The position numbers were made by a program, and so were the translations under genes. The notes beneath the pieces are model-generated. The model had not been told where the DNA came from. It was given only the letters and a program-made list of their open reading frames with translations, and did no database searches. From Candidatus Thorarchaeota archaeon (lineage in GTDB: Archaea; Asgardarchaeota; Thorarchaeia; Thorarchaeales; Thorarchaeaceae), in assembly GCA_046482545.1 (NCBI GenBank), contig JAWOEX010000045.1, forward strand, positions 1-64,000: DNA of 64,000 nucleotides. Reading direction: 5' to 3'. This document shows positions 60,313 through 64,000 of the stretch, one piece after another. Numbering within the stretch: the first letter of the stretch is position 1; each line of letters starts with the position of its first letter.

Positions 60313-61086
60313 ATGTCAGATGCCAAATTACTGGAAATACGGGACTTGCGGGTGGAAGTAGAAGGAATTCCGATTCTGAAGGGCCTCGATCTGGGCTTCA
60401 GAGAAGATGGAGTATACGCCATATTGGGGCCGAATGCATCTGGAAAATCCACGCTTGCTAAGACTGTCATGGGGTTGCCGAGCTATGAAGTCACTGGTGG
60501 AGATATTCTGATGAGCGGTGAATCGATACTCGATAAGAGTATAGACGAGCGTGCCAACATGGGCATTGCCTATGCCTTTCAAAGCCCACCCAGTATACCT
60601 GGCGTCAAGCTGGAAGATTTCATCTGTCGTGTGTGCCCGGACTACGGCTGCAAGGAACCACAAAATCACCTTATGGGGAAGTCGTGTGCTGCACGACAGG
60701 AGCTCTATGAGAACTTCGAGCGGCTTGGTATAAAGAATCTGGCAAATCGCGACTTGAATACTAACTTCTCGGGTGGAGAGCTGAAACGGAGTGAACTGTT
60801 TCAAGTGCTATCACTCAAGCCGAGAATAATGTTCCTTGATGAACCCGATAGCGGTCTTGATTATGATTCGCTTAAGACAGTGGGTCGCGAGCTCAAGGCG
60901 ATGCGAGACGAGGGAACTTCAACGATGGTAATCATATCCCACCACAGATACGTGCTTGAGTACCTCGAGGTTGATACTGTATACATTCTTGAAAATGGGC
61001 GACTCGCCTATGTTGGAGGCATGAAAGATATACCCGTTTTAGAACAGAAAGGCTACGACCGCTTCTTGGCGGAGGTTGCCAATTAG
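60313..61086 (+). CDS. sufC: SufC/SmsC Fe-S assembly ATPase
   Basis: GPNASGKS, FSGGELKR, DEPDSGLD; precedes a SufB-like gene. Confidence 0.92.
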   Translation: MSDAKLLEIRDLRVEVEGIPILKGLDLGFREDGVYAILGPNASGKSTLAKTVMGLPSYEVTGGDILMSGESILDKSIDERANMGIAYAFQSPPSIPGVKLEDFICRVCPDYGCKEPQNHLMGKSCAARQELYENFERLGIKNLANRDLNTNFSGGELKRSELFQVLSLKPRIMFLDEPDSGLDYDSLKTVGRELKAMRDEGTSTMVIISHHRYVLEYLEVDTVYILENGRLAYVGGMKDIPVLEQKGYDRFLAEVAN

Positions 61087-61114
61087 GCTTACCGAAGAAG
61101 GTGGTGCAAAAGGG

Positions 61115-62347
61115 ATGGCAAGCGATAAGGATATCGAGAAACGCGCAAAAACAGCCAAGGACAAACGAGCGAAATACGGGTCTGATTTAGAACTCAACGA
61201 GTACGAATTCGAAGATAGGGGGAAGAGCGAGCTTGAAAGTCTGGACGCTCTGTCTGAAAATGACCGTAGCTTGGTTCAAGAGGTTGGGTTCGATCCCTCC
61301 GAACGGCAAGTCTCTGGATCATACCTGCAGATGGACAACGAGAGCATTCTCGCTGACGTGATGATGGACCAAGAAGGTCTCGAGCTTCTTCCCCTCTCAA
61401 AGGCATTGGAACGATATGATTGGTTGTCAGATTATCTGTGGAATCTTGTTGAGGTTGATGTTGACAAGTATACAGCAGAGAGTGCATTGAAATCGTACGA
61501 TGGATATTTCATCCGGGCAGAACCTGGCGCCAGAATAAAGATGCCGGTTCAAACCTGTTTGGTCTTGAAACGAAACCGGTCTATACAGAATGTTCACAAT
61601 ATCATACTCGCTGAGGAAGGGTCCGAAATGCACATCGTGACTGGATGTGCCACACCAACGAACACAGAACGCTCACTACACCTCGGTATATCCGAGTTCT
61701 ATGTGAAAAAAGACGCCAAGCTTAGCTTTACCATGGTGCACAAATGGAGCGAGCAGACTGATGTTCGACCTCGCTCTGCGGCTCTGGTAGAGAAATATGG
61801 AGTGTTCCTTTCGAATTATGCGATTCTCAGCCCCCTCAAATCAATTCAGACATTTCCGAAGGTACGATTGGCTGGAATCCATGCCAAGGCTGATTTGAAC
61901 TCCGTTGTATACGGGACAAAGGCTTCGCACTACGATGTTGGAGGGGCCCTGAGCCTTGAAGCACCGAGGGCAAACGGAAAGGTCCTTTCTCGGTCCATTG
62001 CAACTGAACAGTCTCATATTACTGCTAGAGGTGATTTGATTGGTTTATCGGAAGGAACGAAGGCGCGCCTAGAATGTGATGGATTACTCCTGAGTGATGA
62101 AGCTTCCATTACAGCTGTTCCTCAGTTGCAGGCACGCGCCGAAGGTTCTGAACTCAGCCATGAAGCAACAGTTGGCAAAGTAGGTGAAGAACAACTCAGT
62201 TACCTCATGAGCAGGGGGCTCGACGAAGAAACCGCCACTTCTCTCATAGTAAGCGGCTTTGTTCATCTGGACATCCCAGATCTTCCCGATGAACTCCAAG
62301 CATCTATAGACCAAGCGGTTGAAATGAGTCTCAAGGGCGGCATGTAA
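61115..62347 (+). CDS. sufB: SufB/SufD-family (SmsB) Fe-S scaffold
   Basis: QNVHN, VTGC, HLGISEF, LECDGL, SHEA..G, YLMSRG. Confidence 0.9.
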   Translation: MASDKDIEKRAKTAKDKRAKYGSDLELNEYEFEDRGKSELESLDALSENDRSLVQEVGFDPSERQVSGSYLQMDNESILADVMMDQEGLELLPLSKALERYDWLSDYLWNLVEVDVDKYTAESALKSYDGYFIRAEPGARIKMPVQTCLVLKRNRSIQNVHNIILAEEGSEMHIVTGCATPTNTERSLHLGISEFYVKKDAKLSFTMVHKWSEQTDVRPRSAALVEKYGVFLSNYAILSPLKSIQTFPKVRLAGIHAKADLNSVVYGTKASHYDVGGALSLEAPRANGKVLSRSIATEQSHITARGDLIGLSEGTKARLECDGLLLSDEASITAVPQLQARAEGSELSHEATVGKVGEEQLSYLMSRGLDEETATSLIVSGFVHLDIPDLPDELQASIDQAVEMSLKGGM

Positions 62348-62432
62348 TCGAGTCGGTGAGTAGTGTGTGGATCCAGCCGTCCAAATGGAGACCCTACAGT
62401 ATTAGGTAGATTGTCCCCTCAAATCATCGGCT

Positions 62433-63524
62433 TCATTGATTGAGTAGATTAGCATAGATGTCTTCAAGCAATCTGACCTGTGTTGTCCATGAATACTTAC
62501 TCTCTATTTTCTGCCTACATTTTACTCCCATTGAGCGGCGAAGGGCTTCATCCTCGCCAAGCATCTTCATCGCATTGTATATTGCGTCATCGTCATCTGG
62601 CTCAACAAGTATGCCTTCTTCAGAAGACAGAAGATTAGCTGTCTCCCCAATCTTCGTAGTGATGACAGGTAGTCCGCAGCTCATGGCCTCCATTACACTT
62701 AGTCCCAGCCCACCGATACTCTGCGGCAGAACAAAGACATCTGCATTCTGAAGCACTTTTGGTACCTTCGAGTGGTCTATCTGACCTAACCAACGGACAG
62801 AATCCCCGTCATATGATTTCTGAAAGATATGCTTCAGAATACCCTCTCCGACAAGAGTAAGCCGGGAATATGGATTATACTTGTGGTATTTCCTGAAGGC
62901 TTTCAGCAAGACATGAATTCCTTTCTCGACGCTTAGTCGCCCTACATATACAAACTCCACCCTTTCATTCGGCTTGGAATTGGTGTTTGGTATGAATAGT
63001 CTTGTATCTACTCCATTGGGAACCACAGTAAGTTTTTCCTCGCTCACTCCTAAACGGGTGAATATCGATTTCTGAGATGGGTCTACCAATACCACTCTAT
63101 CATACACTTTGCAAGCCATTACAGAAACCTTCCATGCAAATTCAAAGAAGGTTCTGATTAGAGGATTACCATCCGCATAAGCTAGGTGAAATGTAACAAC
63201 TATAGGGGGCAAAAAATGCTTGAAGATTGGTAGCAGGAACTCGGTGGTACTGGAGTTCATCTGAATGTGGAGTACATCTATCTCGTTTCTCTTGCATTCA
63301 TCTGCAATCATCTTGCCCACTCTAGGAGAATCCAACCAGAAATGGGGATTCACTTGAACTGCAGGAAAAGTATGGACATGAGAATCGGGAAGATTGGGGA
63401 CATCTGTTACTTGAGTGAACGCATGAACCTCGTGACCTAGGGTCACTAAACCATTCAGCACATGCTGAGATCGAACACACAGGCCATCTGCTGCGCCAAA
63501 CTTACTGATAAGGCCGATTTTCAC
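62433..63524 (-). CDS. GT4-family glycosyltransferase
   Basis: PNGVD, VGRLSVEKG, EAMSCGLPV. Confidence 0.9.
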   Translation of the reverse strand: MKIGLISKFGAADGLCVRSQHVLNGLVTLGHEVHAFTQVTDVPNLPDSHVHTFPAVQVNPHFWLDSPRVGKMIADECKRNEIDVLHIQMNSSTTEFLLPIFKHFLPPIVVTFHLAYADGNPLIRTFFEFAWKVSVMACKVYDRVVLVDPSQKSIFTRLGVSEEKLTVVPNGVDTRLFIPNTNSKPNERVEFVYVGRLSVEKGIHVLLKAFRKYHKYNPYSRLTLVGEGILKHIFQKSYDGDSVRWLGQIDHSKVPKVLQNADVFVLPQSIGGLGLSVMEAMSCGLPVITTKIGETANLLSSEEGILVEPDDDDAIYNAMKMLGEDEALRRSMGVKCRQKIESKYSWTTQVRLLEDIYANLLNQ

Positions 63525-63627
63525 GCTTCACCCACTCCATAACGGCTATTCGATAGCCTTGTGAGATTCTGAATCCTAGAGGAACTTTCCCGCTTTTATC
63601 CTCTTTCCTCAAACATCTCTAGTTTTC

Positions 63628-64000
63628 CTATTTGTCGGGATAGGGGCACAGTTCATTGACCGGACACTCAGAGCATTTTGGATTTCGTGATTTGCAGATT
63701 TGTCTGCCATGAGCCCCTATGACCCGAGCATACTCATCCCACATCTCTTGGGGCAATAAGTCCATGAGGTCCTTTTCTATCTTGTCACGTTTCTTCTCGT
63801 TCGTTAGCCCCAAGCGCTTCGTAACTCGCATAACGTGCGTATCCACCACAACGCCCTCCCTCTTATCAAACGCTGTACTCAAAATGACATTGGCCGTCTT
63901 CCTGCTTGCTCCCTTTAACTTAGTTAGATCTTTCATATTGGAGGGAACTTCCCCGTCAAATTCCTCGACTATAGTTCTTGCAGACTCACGAATATAGTCT
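63628..64000 (-). CDS. nth: Endonuclease III, 5' part outside the window
   Basis: HhH LKGASRKTANV, VDTHV, C-x6-C-x2-C-x5-C cluster motif. Confidence 0.93.
   Translation of the reverse strand, partial: DYIRESARTIVEEFDGEVPSNMKDLTKLKGASRKTANVILSTAFDKREGVVVDTHVMRVTKRLGLTNEKKRDKIEKDLMDLLPQEMWDEYARVIGAHGRQICKSRNPKCSECPVNELCPYPDK

Overview
Archaeal genomic window, probably Asgard (Thorarchaeia-like). That placement is inferred from the 16S signature and gene content and was not checked against a database. Bases 1-404 are a GC-rich fragment of a bacterial-type monomeric isocitrate dehydrogenase, joined (probably chimerically) to the 3' two-thirds of an archaeal 16S rRNA gene (405-1487). The 16S carries two 30-nt introns with bulge-helix-bulge-type ends, at E. 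coli-equivalent positions 908 and 1499; these break the 926R and 1492R primer sites. No tRNA or 23S follows the 16S. The main discovery is a ~32-kb array (1488-~33450) downstream of the 16S. Six same-orientation, diverged copies of the 16S 3'-trailer, each joined to the 3' tail of one uncharacterised convergent gene (plus a seventh, trailer-less tail), separate discrete cargo cassettes. The cargo is two secreted-protein + ABC modules, three VapBC-type TA pairs, a nucleotidyltransferase pair, a HEPN remnant, and a complete corrinoid methyl-transfer module (MttB-like, corrinoid protein, MtaA-like, RACo, permease). The repeats fall into two sequence classes ordered along the array, and no integrase is recognisable. 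This suggests an rRNA-anchored, integron-like gene-capture hotspot. From 33.8 kb on the window is housekeeping, metal and redox genes (taw2, rubrerythrin, Ftr1, ZntA/ArsR, EncFtn, tkt, SOR, sufCB, nth), with several odd proteins: a lysine-less ThrC-PadR fusion, a MoaD/SAMP with a masked GG, and a SufC with an internal 4-Cys insert.
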